Shown here in pieces: positions 16,765-26,717 of a stretch of 50,378 nucleotides of DNA. Origin of the DNA: an uncultured Bacteroidia bacterium (lineage in GTDB: Bacteria > Bacteroidota > Bacteroidia > J057); NCBI GenBank assembly GCA_964352745.1, contig CAYGTH010000004.1, forward strand, positions 1-50,378, written 5' to 3'. How positions within the stretch are numbered: the stretch's first letter is position 1; the number at the start of each line of letters is the position of its first letter. A program made the translations under genes and the position numbers. Below the pieces are notes generated by a model. It made no database searches, had not been told where the DNA came from, and was given only the letters and a program-made list of their open reading frames with translations.

Positions 16765-17379
16765 TTATGCCCCATTCAGCGCGAAGATACGCTCCACGAT
16801 GTCATCAATTCGCTCATAGTGTAATACGCCGGGCTCTTCTTCTGCCTCTATTCCGAGTGATATCCCCCATGGAGCACAACCGGGATTTTCCAAAAATGAC
16901 TCAAGCACATCCAGCGTGTTAAAATGAAGATAACAATGTCCGACTACTTCTTCAAATCCAACCAGCTCATCTGGATGATTTATCGACAATTCGATCCGGA
17001 TTTCCCGATCATGTTCTTCGCCGGTTTTGAGCCATTGTTTCAGTTCACCTGGATTTGAATCCACATTTGCCCGGATAATAATGCCACCAGGGGTATGCAT
17101 CAAAACCAGGTCGCTCCATTCTTCCTGAGGCAAAGTAATATGGCCATAGGAAAATGTCTTTTCGACTTCGGGCAACTCTTCCAGGCTCGCGACGTTCATT
17201 TCCAGCACAATTTCAGGCCCTGTAAGCCATTGCACCATATTCCAGATCATGGGCACCGATAATTTTCGACTATCGCCCCTCTCGAGGCTAAAGCCTACCA
17301 GATCGAATCCTGCAGCTGCGCTGTAGCGAGCATCTTGCAAATTGGTTAAATGAGAAATTTTAAGGCGCATTCGGGCCAT
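16765..17379 (-). CDS. TrpF-fold (phosphoribosylanthranilate isomerase-like) protein, probably non-canonical
   Basis: The N-terminus MRLKISHLTNLQDARYSAAAGFDLVGF resembles TrpF MKxKICGxT..DA..A...GAD..GF. The catalytic Cys-Gly is replaced by Ser-His. The C-terminal ISLGIEAEEEPGV resembles the TrpF VSSGVE..PG motif. ATG 17379 or 17370 is preferred over TTG 17400. Confidence 0.4.
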   Translation of the reverse strand: MARMRLKISHLTNLQDARYSAAAGFDLVGFSLERGDSRKLSVPMIWNMVQWLTGPEIVLEMNVASLEELPEVEKTFSYGHITLPQEEWSDLVLMHTPGGIIIRANVDSNPGELKQWLKTGEEHDREIRIELSINHPDELVGFEEVVGHCYLHFNTLDVLESFLENPGCAPWGISLGIEAEEEPGVLHYERIDDIVERIFALNGA

Positions 17380-17429
17380 ATTTATTACGTTCAAATTCAA
17401 TTCGCAAGTTAGGCCGATTTACTACAATG

Positions 17430-17465
17430 AAAAAGAGACCCATCCCAAAGGAAGGTCTCTTTTTC
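17430..17465 (-). terminator. bidirectional stem-loop terminator after the SPFH gene
   Basis: AAAAAGAGACC ... GGTCTCTTTTT: a 7-bp GC-containing stem flanked by an A-run and a T-run. Confidence 0.7.
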
Positions 17466-17496
17466 TATTTCAGCTGTATTCGTTACGACAACACGT

Positions 17497-18516
17497 TTAC
17501 AAACGAGAGAGCAAATCTTTCTTCTTTTCGTTGAATTCTTCTTCTGTCAGAATTCCTTTTTCTTTCAAGGTGCCCAGCTTCTCCAACATGGCCATGATAT
17601 CATCCGAACTGGATGCATCTCCGCCTCCCCCATTTCCCTGCTGATTATTCATCTGCCCCATCTGATCCATCATCATTTTCCCCATCGCCATTCCAGCACC
17701 GAGGTTCATCCCAGCATCCATTCCACCTCCACCGTTTTCAGCAGATTTCTCAATGGCATTTGCAGATTGAAACATCATAAAGTCCTTCAAATCTCCCACC
17801 ATATTCATTTGAGTATTTTTACGAAGGTATTCCTGTAATTCGGGCGGAAGCGTAATACTCTGAATGGAAAAATCCGTGATTTCAATTCCAAAATCATCAA
17901 AAAAGTGAGAAATCCTTGGCATCAAAGCTTCGACAAACTCAGATTTATTCGCCTGCATATCGACGAATGAGAAGTTGCTCTTGGCCATTTCAGCTACTAC
18001 TTCTGTAAAGCGATCTACGAGTTTTCCTCGCATCATTCCCTCCACATCGCTCAAAGCAACTACCGGACGGGTTCCGACTATTTCCCGGAAAAATTTCTCA
18101 AAATCTACCAGACGGAAATTATAGCTTCCAAAAGCACGAAACTCAACCTGTTGAAATTTGCTGTCAGGAATCGTTACCGGGCTCGGCGTACCCCATTTAT
18201 TATCTGTAAACTGACGGGTATTAAAATAATACACATCTGCTTTAAAAGGAGATTCAAATCCATGCTTCCAGGAATTGATCGTGGTCATAATGGGCATATT
18301 GCGCGTAGTCAACTCATAGCGACCTGCCTCAAAGACATCTGCCATTTTCCCTTCGTTGAGCAGGATGGCGGCCTGCGAGTCGCGAACTGTCAGTTGCGCG
18401 CCCATTTTGATTTCTTTATCCTGATCCGGAAATTTCCATGTCAGCACATCGCTGCGGAAATCCACCCATTCAATAATGTCGATAAACTGGCCCCGGATGA
18501 AGTCAAATAGTCCCAT
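17497..18516 (-). CDS. SPFH/Band-7 domain protein (YdjI / virion-core-like) with a C-terminal SHOCT domain
   Basis: 339 aa. It has the MGLFDFIRGQFIDIIEW N-terminus typical of this family, a Gly/Met-rich linker, and a C-terminal KLGTLKEKGILTEEEFNEKKKDLL (SHOCT-like). Confidence 0.7.
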   Translation of the reverse strand: MGLFDFIRGQFIDIIEWVDFRSDVLTWKFPDQDKEIKMGAQLTVRDSQAAILLNEGKMADVFEAGRYELTTRNMPIMTTINSWKHGFESPFKADVYYFNTRQFTDNKWGTPSPVTIPDSKFQQVEFRAFGSYNFRLVDFEKFFREIVGTRPVVALSDVEGMMRGKLVDRFTEVVAEMAKSNFSFVDMQANKSEFVEALMPRISHFFDDFGIEITDFSIQSITLPPELQEYLRKNTQMNMVGDLKDFMMFQSANAIEKSAENGGGGMDAGMNLGAGMAMGKMMMDQMGQMNNQQGNGGGGDASSSDDIMAMLEKLGTLKEKGILTEEEFNEKKKDLLSRL

Positions 18517-18713
18517 TGTGTGTTGTTCGTTATGATTTAGTCAGTAATAATAAAAAGATGAGCGGTTATATACCTTTTGTCTGGCATCTATACGCATACT
18601 TCTTATTACATACTGATTAGATGCTAAAATGATTCAAAAAGTAACCTTATAAATATACAAACATTCCCTTATGATCGGAATATTGAGTGATACGGATTGA
18701 TAAAAAGTCCTTT

Positions 18714-19229
18714 CTATGATTGTGCCGGACGCTTATACAGCGGCACGGTAGAACAGGGTTCTCCATAACTCAGCTTTTTGGCATACGGCTTAATTCGTCG
18801 GGTAGCCTCTACATAAATCGAGGTCGGCACATCAATATCACTGCACCCTTTGACCACCACCGGGCGACCTTCAAATTCGGAGAAATCTACCGTATCTAAT
18901 TGTTTCAGGAATAATTCTCTTTCAAGGTCTGCCAGACTCCCAAAAGTAATATGAGCTGCGTATGGCTCCAGCTTTACTGCCAGCAACATGAATGCCCAGG
19001 TTTGAACAATCGCGTCTGCGCTACAGGTTATCGCAACAAATTTGCCTTCATATTGCGACCAATCATGTGTCTTCACATATTCTCGCAAGTCTTTCTCTCT
19101 CAGGATCATCCCCTGAAACAGCTGATCCTTGAGATCTATCAGGACACGTTCTCCGGGGGTATAATAAGCCTCCAGCCTGAAGGTAACGATAGGGCTTTGC
19201 GCAATTCGGTTGACTATTTCTCCTTCCAT
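18714..19229 (-). CDS. DUF2480-like conserved Bacteroidota protein
   Basis: 171 aa. The N-terminus EIVNRIAQSPIVTFRLEAYY resembles my memory of DUF2480 proteins. It lies directly downstream of hflX. Confidence 0.45.
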   Translation of the reverse strand: MEGEIVNRIAQSPIVTFRLEAYYTPGERVLIDLKDQLFQGMILREKDLREYVKTHDWSQYEGKFVAITCSADAIVQTWAFMLLAVKLEPYAAHITFGSLADLERELFLKQLDTVDFSEFEGRPVVVKGCSDIDVPTSIYVEATRRIKPYAKKLSYGEPCSTVPLYKRPAQS

Positions 19230-19249
19230 TTTACACTTCTTTGAGTATC

Positions 19250-20506
19250 CTAAACTGCTTGTGTATCACCTTCTTCTTCGAGTGTTTCTTCCTCCACTTC
19301 TGTTTCGGAAAAGCTATCAGCAGTCAGTTTGTAATATTCGTATTCTTTCAGAAAATAATAAGCGCCTTTGGGTGCAGGGCGTTCCTTATATTTTTGAACG
19401 ACCATATCCGTAACTGTTTCCCGTAATTGGTCAATATTCCATTTTTCCACCGCAGAAATAAAAACCGCGGGCGTATGCTCTCTTCCATACCAGGTTTTCT
19501 CCAGCGATTCACGCTGTTCCGCTTCTATCATATCCACCTTATTAAAGACTGTCAACACCGTTTTATCAGCAAAATTCAGGTCTTTAATGGTTTCTTTCAC
19601 AACCTGCAATTGATCCTCAAAATTAGGATGAGAAGCATCCACTACATGCAGGAGGATATCAGATTCTTGCGCCTCTGCGAGTGTGCTTTTGAATGATTCT
19701 ACCAAGTGGTGAGGTAGTTTCCGAATGAATCCAACCGTATCTGACAACAAGAAGGGCACATTATAAAGGAATATTTTCCGGACAGTCGTATCGAGCGTAG
19801 CAAACAGTTTGTTTTCTGCCAGTACTTCCGATTTCGTCAGCAGGTTCATAATCGTGGATTTCCCAACATTGGTGTACCCAATCAAGGCAACCCGAACGGA
19901 GGCAGAACGATTCTTTCTTCGGGTAATATTCTGCCTGTCTATTTTTTTTAGCTGGTCTTTGAGGCGGGCTATTTTTTCGCGAATAATCCGGCGATCCGTC
20001 TCAATTTCTTTCTCACCCGCTCCTTTCATCCCGATTCCCCCCCGTTGTTTGGAAAGGTGAGTCCAGAGTCCCGTCAAACGAGGGAGGAGATACTGATAGC
20101 GCGCCAGGTCCACTTGAATGCGCGCTTGGGCAGTTTGTGCTCTTTCTGAAAAAATATGCAGAATTAACTGGCTTCTGTCCAGGACCTTTACTTCTAAGGC
20201 CTCCTCAATATTTCGTAACTGAGAAGGGGAGAGGTCATCATCAAAAATGACCATATCAGCCTCTGCTTCTCCAATAGCTTCCTTTATCTCTTTGAGTTTT
20301 CCCGACCCCACATAGGTAGCGTTAACCGGTCGTGCCAGCTTTTGAATAAAACTCCGCACAGCCCGCGCCCCAGCCGTCTCTGCCAGAAAAGCAAGCTCAT
20401 CCAGATATTCTTTTGCCTGTTCAAAGCTTTGATGCTGACTACAAACGCCTACCAGCACTGCTCGTTCTACCTCATCTACTTTAGCAATCGTCTTTTGTTC
20501 AATCAT
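19250..20506 (-). CDS. hflX: GTPase HflX
   Basis: 418 aa. It has the HflX N-domain, G1 GYTNVGKST, DTVGF, and NKVD. Confidence 0.9.
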   Translation of the reverse strand: MIEQKTIAKVDEVERAVLVGVCSQHQSFEQAKEYLDELAFLAETAGARAVRSFIQKLARPVNATYVGSGKLKEIKEAIGEAEADMVIFDDDLSPSQLRNIEEALEVKVLDRSQLILHIFSERAQTAQARIQVDLARYQYLLPRLTGLWTHLSKQRGGIGMKGAGEKEIETDRRIIREKIARLKDQLKKIDRQNITRRKNRSASVRVALIGYTNVGKSTIMNLLTKSEVLAENKLFATLDTTVRKIFLYNVPFLLSDTVGFIRKLPHHLVESFKSTLAEAQESDILLHVVDASHPNFEDQLQVVKETIKDLNFADKTVLTVFNKVDMIEAEQRESLEKTWYGREHTPAVFISAVEKWNIDQLRETVTDMVVQKYKERPAPKGAYYFLKEYEYYKLTADSFSETEVEEETLEEEGDTQAV

Positions 20507-20677
20507 ATAGGCCTATTTCCTGCTATGGAATTACGGTTTCAATCCCTGCAAGTTACAGATATTTTGCAGGAGTTGGAAGATAGCAAGTCCTCTCTAAGGG
20601 TTATCTATTCGCCCTCCTCCTCAGATTCATTCCCAATCCACCACGACTTTCGCCGGTAAATGTCGTAAGTTTGAAGG

Positions 20678-21724
20678 ATGGAAACCCAACTCTCGGTTGA
20701 TCTATTTCTAACTCACCTTTCTACTTCCGATACCCCCATTCTGGATGTTCGGTCACCTGGTGAATTTGAAAAAGGGCACATCCCGGGTGCGGTGAACTTC
20801 CCCCTATTTAATGATGAAGAGCGTGCCATCGTAGGTACTTTATATAAAAAGTCAGGGCGGGAACATGCCTTACTGAAGGGCCTTGATATCATAGGTCCCA
20901 AAATGTCTCATTTTGTAAAAGCAGCAAAAAAACTGGCGACTGGGGGTCAAATAGGAATACATTGCTGGCGAGGTGGTATGAGAAGTAGCAGCCTTGGCTG
21001 GCTCCTCCAAACTGCCGGATTTAAGGTCTCGGTCCTGGAAGGTGGGTATAAAGCATACCGATCTCATATCCGTTCAGAGCTAGGTAAACCTATCAACCTG
21101 ATCGTGTTAGGGGGAAAAACCGGCTCTGGTAAAACCGATATCCTGCATGCACTTGCTGCATTAGGGGAACAGGTGATTGACCTCGAAGGACTTGCCCACC
21201 ACAAAGGTTCCTCATTTGGTGCGTTGGGTCAACTGCCACAGCCTTCAACTGAGCAATTTGAGAATGATATATATACGGCTTTTTCCAAACTCGATACCCA
21301 GCAGCGAATCTGGATCGAAGATGAAAGCCACTCCATTGGCAGGGTCTATCTTCCGGGTCCGCTAGAGGTCCAAATGCGGGTCGCTCCTACAATTGCGCTC
21401 ACCGTACCCATCCAATTCCGGATCAGCCGATTGGTCCGGGAATATGCGACCTTCCCTCAAGCAGACCTAGCCGATTCCCTCAACAGAATTCAGAAACGTT
21501 TAGGAAATCAGCGTCTCCAGCAAGCCATAACAGCTCTGGATCAAAATGATTATGCCACCACTGCTGAGATTGCGCTTGCCTATTACGACAAGGCATATAC
21601 ATTTGGCCTTACCCAAAAACCAGAAAAGCAGGTTCATTCAATGGCTGTCAATGCGGATAATCCTTCCCAAACGGCTGAGGAACTCATTCAATTTGTCCAG
21701 AAACAGGAAATAATAAGCACCTAA
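20678..21724 (+). CDS. selU: tRNA 2-selenouridine synthase
   Basis: 348 aa. The rhodanese domain has the active-site IHCWRGGMRSS, followed by the P-loop GGKTGSGKT. Confidence 0.85.
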   Translation: METQLSVDLFLTHLSTSDTPILDVRSPGEFEKGHIPGAVNFPLFNDEERAIVGTLYKKSGREHALLKGLDIIGPKMSHFVKAAKKLATGGQIGIHCWRGGMRSSSLGWLLQTAGFKVSVLEGGYKAYRSHIRSELGKPINLIVLGGKTGSGKTDILHALAALGEQVIDLEGLAHHKGSSFGALGQLPQPSTEQFENDIYTAFSKLDTQQRIWIEDESHSIGRVYLPGPLEVQMRVAPTIALTVPIQFRISRLVREYATFPQADLADSLNRIQKRLGNQRLQQAITALDQNDYATTAEIALAYYDKAYTFGLTQKPEKQVHSMAVNADNPSQTAEELIQFVQKQEIIST

Positions 21725-21748
21725 TCCATTCATTTTTATATTTCTCTC

Positions 21749-22786
21749 ATGTCTACCGACTCGATAAAACTTACTCAATATAGCCACGGAGCAGGTTGCG
21801 GGTGCAAAATCTCCCCCCAGGTACTTGATACGATTCTGCAAACCAATCAGGTTGCTATACCAGACCCCAAACTCTTAGTGGGTAATGCCTCGCGAGACGA
21901 TGCCGCTGTATATGACCTCGGAGATGGAACAGCAATCGTAAGTACTACCGATTTTTTCATGCCCATCGTAGATGACAGCTTTGATTTTGGGCGAATCGCT
22001 TCTGTGAATGCCATGAGCGATGTCTACGCTATGGGAGGCACCCCCATGATGGCCATCGCAATTCTCGGCTGGCCGATTGACAAGCTTCCTCCTGAAGCAG
22101 CACAACGCGTATTAGAAGGAAGTCGCGAAGCATGTCGGGAGGCAGGTATTACGCTTGCGGGTGGGCATAGCATAGATAGCCCGGAGCCCATCTTTGGACT
22201 TGCAGTAACGGGGCGGGTTCCGATCACTAACCTCAAAAAAAATACCGGCGCGATTCCGGGTTGTCAACTCTTTTTGACCAAATCTCTCGGGGTAGGCATA
22301 TTGGCTACTGCTCAAAAGAAGGGACTTCTCAAGTCCGAACACAGCCATATCGCCCGGGACCAGATGATACAACTCAATCAAATCGGAGCGATCCTGGGAG
22401 CAAAGCAATATGTTCGTGCGATGACGGATGTAACTGGTTTTGGACTTCTCGGCCACCTTTCGGAGATGTGTGAAGGGAGTCAGGTCAGTGCACGGATTAC
22501 GTATGCGCAGGTTCCCACAATTGAGGTGATTGATTATTACCTGGATCAAAAATGCATCCCCGGTGGCACTCACCGAAACTGGGCCAGCTATGGACATAAA
22601 ATAGGCCCCCTGACCGATCGTCAGCGCCTGGTCCTTTGCGATCCACAAACCAGTGGCGGTTTGCTCGTTGCTGTTGAGCCTGATGCGGTTCCGGAATTTC
22701 TGGAGCTGGCCCAAACTGAGAACCTGCACCTGAGAGCATTTGGAGAGATCACCCCTCCAGCCCAGCATTTGATTGAGGTCGAATAA
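21749..22786 (+). CDS. selD: selenide, water dikinase (selenophosphate synthetase), Cys-type
   Basis: 345 aa. It has the N-terminal [11 protein letters not shown] (Cys rather than Sec) and an AIR-synthase-like fold. Confidence 0.9.
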   Translation: MSTDSIKLTQYSHGAGCGCKISPQVLDTILQTNQVAIPDPKLLVGNASRDDAAVYDLGDGTAIVSTTDFFMPIVDDSFDFGRIASVNAMSDVYAMGGTPMMAIAILGWPIDKLPPEAAQRVLEGSREACREAGITLAGGHSIDSPEPIFGLAVTGRVPITNLKKNTGAIPGCQLFLTKSLGVGILATAQKKGLLKSEHSHIARDQMIQLNQIGAILGAKQYVRAMTDVTGFGLLGHLSEMCEGSQVSARITYAQVPTIEVIDYYLDQKCIPGGTHRNWASYGHKIGPLTDRQRLVLCDPQTSGGLLVAVEPDAVPEFLELAQTENLHLRAFGEITPPAQHLIEVE

Positions 22787-22799
22787 GGAAGCAGGCAGC

Positions 22800-24620
22800 C
22801 TATTCGTCCCGGGCCAGAATCCGGATAATCTGTCCTTCCGCAATCTCATCTGTGCCCAGTTTATTAATCACTTTAATGATCTCCACTTTGGTATTGTACT
22901 GCTTAGAGATTGCCCAAAGTGTTTCTCCAGGCTTTACTGTATGCTCTACCCAATAGGTCCTGACATCTTCAACCTCGTTTTGCTGCGCAGGAGGAGCTGA
23001 AGTAGGCGTTTGGGGAGTAATTTCCGGATCCGCCTGAGGTCTAACAGGTGGGGTTGTCGGCTCAGGCTTTTCAGATACGACAGGAGGATCATTTCGAATA
23101 ATCAGGTCGTCTGTCAACACAATCATTTTTTCGCCTTTCGGCTTCTTGGATTTCAAATAGAGTTTCTGCCCCACATAGATAGTTAAGTCTCCTTTTGACA
23201 TCCGATTATTTTTCTGAATCTTCCGAATCGTCGTGTAATGAATAGCTGCAATGTGGCCTAAATTCTCCCCTTCCCGGACGACGTGAAAATCTACCCGAGA
23301 GGGATGAGATAAAAATAACAAAGTTCCGGGCTTAGGCTCCTGTCCGGGGATCATAAAATTCCATTCCAATAGCTGTGTCAATCGTTTTCCGTATTCGGCG
23401 GCTGTTTGCAATAAAGAGCGAGAACCATCATACAAAGCATATGATTTCCCGTATTCGAGGTCCTCTGTCAAGGGGAAATCTGCATATTCCCCCCGGAGTA
23501 GTCGCATGACGCTTTGCGCCTTAGGGGTAGGGATTCCAGCAGGCTTATTTGAAGTAACAGTCGTAACAGGGAGGGGTGCATTATCCGGGCGCCCCCCAGT
23601 AGACTGAGCGGCAATGGGTTCTGGATTAACATTCTCAGGCCTTGACGGAGTTTCTTCCCGAACGGGTTTTGTTTCGATGGCGGGTTTGGGATCAGGTTGA
23701 CTGGGCAGAACCTGGCCTTCTCCCGAGTAAGGAGCCGTGGAAGCCAACATAGGTCCGGGTCTCCCTCCTCCCGGTACCTTATTGGGATCGGGTATGTGTC
23801 CTGCGTAGGTTTCACCGGCACGAGGGATATAATAAGTAAACGATTCTCCTTTGGGAAGGCGCCTCGGATCCGAAACCCACTGATTATACTGCAAAAACAG
23901 CCCTTCTTCTATTCCATATTCCTGATATAACTTTTTGACATGTTCACTCCCGTCTGTAGGGAGTGGGAGCAACCAGATATCCGGCCGTTTCCGCATGGCA
24001 ATTGCTTCTTCATAAGCGAGTTTATGAGCGATTGCTTTGAGCACATACCAGTGAAGATCTTCAGAAATCACCATTTCATTTTTGCCGTAGTACTGTGGGT
24101 CGGTATATGGAATCGCGCCCGTAGGCCCTTCGTAGTAGGCAATTACCGCATATACCCAATTATCAAAGTCACGATTCGCTTTGGCAAAGTATAAGCCTGC
24201 AGCCTCCGAAGCGCGAAAGGCATGTTTCCGTTCATCAATTTGTTCATCGACCTGTAAGCCCACTTCTCTGGCAACCGGAGCTTTAAACTGCCAAAAGCCC
24301 ACAGCATTGGAGGTTGAAACGGCATCAGCCCGTAAGCCACTTTCCTGGATACAAATAAATCTCAGATCCAGCGGAGCCCGGACATTTTGCAGCCCTTCTT
24401 CAATAATGGGCATATAGGTATCTGCCCGGCGTACCATATCATTGAAGTACCTCGGGCTGATGTACATATTCTCAACATACTCGGCAATCTTCGCTCTTGC
24501 GCCTGGTGAAATCGTCAGTTCCATTCCGCAATAGGTAACCCGCTCAGGGACTGCCTGTCCCATCACTGCATTTCCGATTCCAAAACAAATCAGCAAGGCT
24601 ATTAGCCATTGTCTGCTCAT
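22800..24620 (-). CDS. lytic transglycosylase (MltD-like) with C-terminal LysM domains
   Basis: The SLT region contains CIQESGLRADAVSTSNAVGFWQF. There is a Pro-rich linker and two LysM-like units (HVVREGENLGHIAAIHY..., HTVKPGETLWAISKQYN...). I prefer ATG 24620 (a signal-peptide start) over TTG 24647. Confidence 0.75.
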   Translation of the reverse strand: MSRQWLIALLICFGIGNAVMGQAVPERVTYCGMELTISPGARAKIAEYVENMYISPRYFNDMVRRADTYMPIIEEGLQNVRAPLDLRFICIQESGLRADAVSTSNAVGFWQFKAPVAREVGLQVDEQIDERKHAFRASEAAGLYFAKANRDFDNWVYAVIAYYEGPTGAIPYTDPQYYGKNEMVISEDLHWYVLKAIAHKLAYEEAIAMRKRPDIWLLPLPTDGSEHVKKLYQEYGIEEGLFLQYNQWVSDPRRLPKGESFTYYIPRAGETYAGHIPDPNKVPGGGRPGPMLASTAPYSGEGQVLPSQPDPKPAIETKPVREETPSRPENVNPEPIAAQSTGGRPDNAPLPVTTVTSNKPAGIPTPKAQSVMRLLRGEYADFPLTEDLEYGKSYALYDGSRSLLQTAAEYGKRLTQLLEWNFMIPGQEPKPGTLLFLSHPSRVDFHVVREGENLGHIAAIHYTTIRKIQKNNRMSKGDLTIYVGQKLYLKSKKPKGEKMIVLTDDLIIRNDPPVVSEKPEPTTPPVRPQADPEITPQTPTSAPPAQQNEVEDVRTYWVEHTVKPGETLWAISKQYNTKVEIIKVINKLGTDEIAEGQIIRILARDE

Positions 24621-24704
24621 AATCAATTGGTTTATGGATGAATACAATAATACCTATTTGCCTATGCAAATTCCAGCACCACGTAATAAATCCATCGATT
24701 TTGG

Positions 24705-25346
24705 TTATATTTTCCGACGAACCATCATGATTCCATCGCGGAGAGGAAGTAACACATGCTCTATTCGTTCATCTGCTGCGACTCGTTCATTAAATGCCCG
24801 AATCCCCTCGATTTCCCGGCTTTTCAGGTCGGGATCTATCACACTTCCGCTCCACAATACATTGTCTGCCAGAATAAGACCTCCCGGCTTCAATCGATCA
24901 AAACTCAGTTCGTAGTAATCCAGGTAATTTTTTTTATCCGCGTCAATAAATATCAGATCAAATGGCCCCTTCAGGTCTGGTAACAGATCAAACGCAGCTC
25001 CGAAATGGAGGCTCACCTGGTCCTCAATTCCCGCAGCACGTAAACCTTTCCGGATATAAACTTCCAGTTCCGGATTTTTTTCAATGGCAGTGATGTGCCC
25101 TCCCGGAGCAAGGCCTTCCGCAAGGCAGATTGTTGCATATCCGGTAAAGGTCCCGATTTCCAATATTCGCTCAGGTCGCTGAAGATGGGAGATCATGGAA
25201 AGGAATCTGCCCTGTACCTGGCCAGATAACATTCGGGGATATAAGACCTTAAGGTGTGTTTCGCGATTTAACTCTGCCAAATATGGAGGTTCCGCAGTCG
25301 TGTGCGCTGCGATATAAGACTCGATTTCCGATGAAAGGAGTTCCAT
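24705..25346 (-). CDS. class I SAM-dependent O-methyltransferase (caffeoyl-CoA OMT-like)
   Basis: 213 aa. Motifs seen: ILEIGTFTGYAT, FIDADK, and ADNVLW. Confidence 0.75.
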   Translation of the reverse strand: MELLSSEIESYIAAHTTAEPPYLAELNRETHLKVLYPRMLSGQVQGRFLSMISHLQRPERILEIGTFTGYATICLAEGLAPGGHITAIEKNPELEVYIRKGLRAAGIEDQVSLHFGAAFDLLPDLKGPFDLIFIDADKKNYLDYYELSFDRLKPGGLILADNVLWSGSVIDPDLKSREIEGIRAFNERVAADERIEHVLLPLRDGIMMVRRKI

Positions 25347-25381
25347 ATTCTAGCAATTATCAATATACGACAGGCGCTGTT

Positions 25382-26614
25382 TCAGGCATTCATCCGATAG
25401 GTAAGCCTTGAAACCGCATCTTTTGCAAAAATTTCATTCGCCGCTTCCATTACTTGTCCAGCCGTAACCGATTCAATTTCTTCCAGGTAATCTGAAAAAG
25501 ATAATACATTCCCAAAATCCAGTAAATCTTTTGCCATGCCCAGCATTTGGGTCAGCAAATTTTCATATCCCAGCGTAATCTGTCCCGCCAATTGTTTTTT
25601 GGCCTGACTGAGTCGGACGATCCCAAGTTGGTTATCTGTTAACGATTTCATTTCCCGATAAACCAGTTTCCGGACCCGATTGAGGTTCCCATTTTCACAG
25701 GCATAATAAATCCCCCAAATCCCACTATCCAAATACGGTGCATAAAAAGAGCTAATGCTATACGTGAGTCCATATTTTTCTCGAATATTCAGGCTCAGCC
25801 GGGAATTCATTGCCGGCCCTCCCAGGATATTATTCAGCAACAAAAAAGGCACATAGTGTTTTTGACGCAGGGGATATGCCCAGCCTCCCAGGATTTCATG
25901 CGCTTGATTCATCGTAATCTCAATGTCTTGTTCCAACTGATTGGACACGGTAGGCTTCATTCGAATCGGAAGCCCCCCCGGCAATTCAAGTGGAGCCAGG
26001 TATTTATGAATCACCCGCCTAACCATCGCTTCCGTAACATTTCCGACGATCGAAAATACAATTTGGCCCTGGGTAAAAGATTTCCGGATGTGCTGGATCA
26101 ACTTATCCTGCGTAAAATCCTGAATGGAGTCTTTTGTCCCTAAAATAGGAGTTCCCAGGCTATGATCTGGAAAAATCAGTTGATCAAAATCTTCGAATAT
26201 TGCCTCGTCCGGGGCATTTCGATACATGTCGATCTCTTCGGCAATCACTTGCTTTTCCTTGACTATTTCCTTGTGTGGGAAAGTCGAATTAAACGCAATG
26301 TCTGTCAATAGCTCAGTTGCACGATCAAAATGTTCTGCAACCATTGAGGCATAAAGACAGGTTTTTTCCTTGGTCGTGTAGGCATTAAGATCACCGCCAA
26401 CCGATTCCAAATAATTAACGATATGAAACGTTTTTCTCCTGGCGGTCCCCTTAAAGATCATGTGCTCGATGAAATGAGCTATTCCTGCATCTTCCAGCGC
26501 ATCATCCCGACTACCGGAATTTATCACATAGCCACAATGGACCGCTCGGGTATAAGGTACATATTTGTACAATACGCGCAAGCCGTTTGCTAATTCAATG
26601 ATTTTTGTATCCAT
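25382..26614 (-). CDS. M16 (pitrilysin/insulinase) family peptidase
   Basis: It carries the HFIEHMIFKG inverted zinc motif (HxxEH). I prefer ATG 26614 (MDTKIIEL) over GTG 26635. Confidence 0.8.
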   Translation of the reverse strand: MDTKIIELANGLRVLYKYVPYTRAVHCGYVINSGSRDDALEDAGIAHFIEHMIFKGTARRKTFHIVNYLESVGGDLNAYTTKEKTCLYASMVAEHFDRATELLTDIAFNSTFPHKEIVKEKQVIAEEIDMYRNAPDEAIFEDFDQLIFPDHSLGTPILGTKDSIQDFTQDKLIQHIRKSFTQGQIVFSIVGNVTEAMVRRVIHKYLAPLELPGGLPIRMKPTVSNQLEQDIEITMNQAHEILGGWAYPLRQKHYVPFLLLNNILGGPAMNSRLSLNIREKYGLTYSISSFYAPYLDSGIWGIYYACENGNLNRVRKLVYREMKSLTDNQLGIVRLSQAKKQLAGQITLGYENLLTQMLGMAKDLLDFGNVLSFSDYLEEIESVTAGQVMEAANEIFAKDAVSRLTYRMNA

Positions 26615-26695
26615 GGATATATTCAAAACAGGCACAAAAATACGCCTTTCCCGGCCAATATTTCACTAAATTTTCAACCAAATAGGTTTAATCTG

Positions 26696-26703
26696 TATTT
26701 TTG
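26696..26703 (+). promoter_or_regulatory. candidate Bacteroidota -7 promoter box (TAnnTTTG)
   Basis: TATTTTTG lies 15 nt upstream of the lipoprotein ATG. This is a motif match only. Confidence 0.3.
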
Positions 26704-26717
26704 ATAAAAAGTAACTT

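Noticed and set aside
22112-22849. A 245-aa minus-strand ORF.
   Set aside because: It is antisense to the well-supported selD and has no motifs. It is a shadow ORF.
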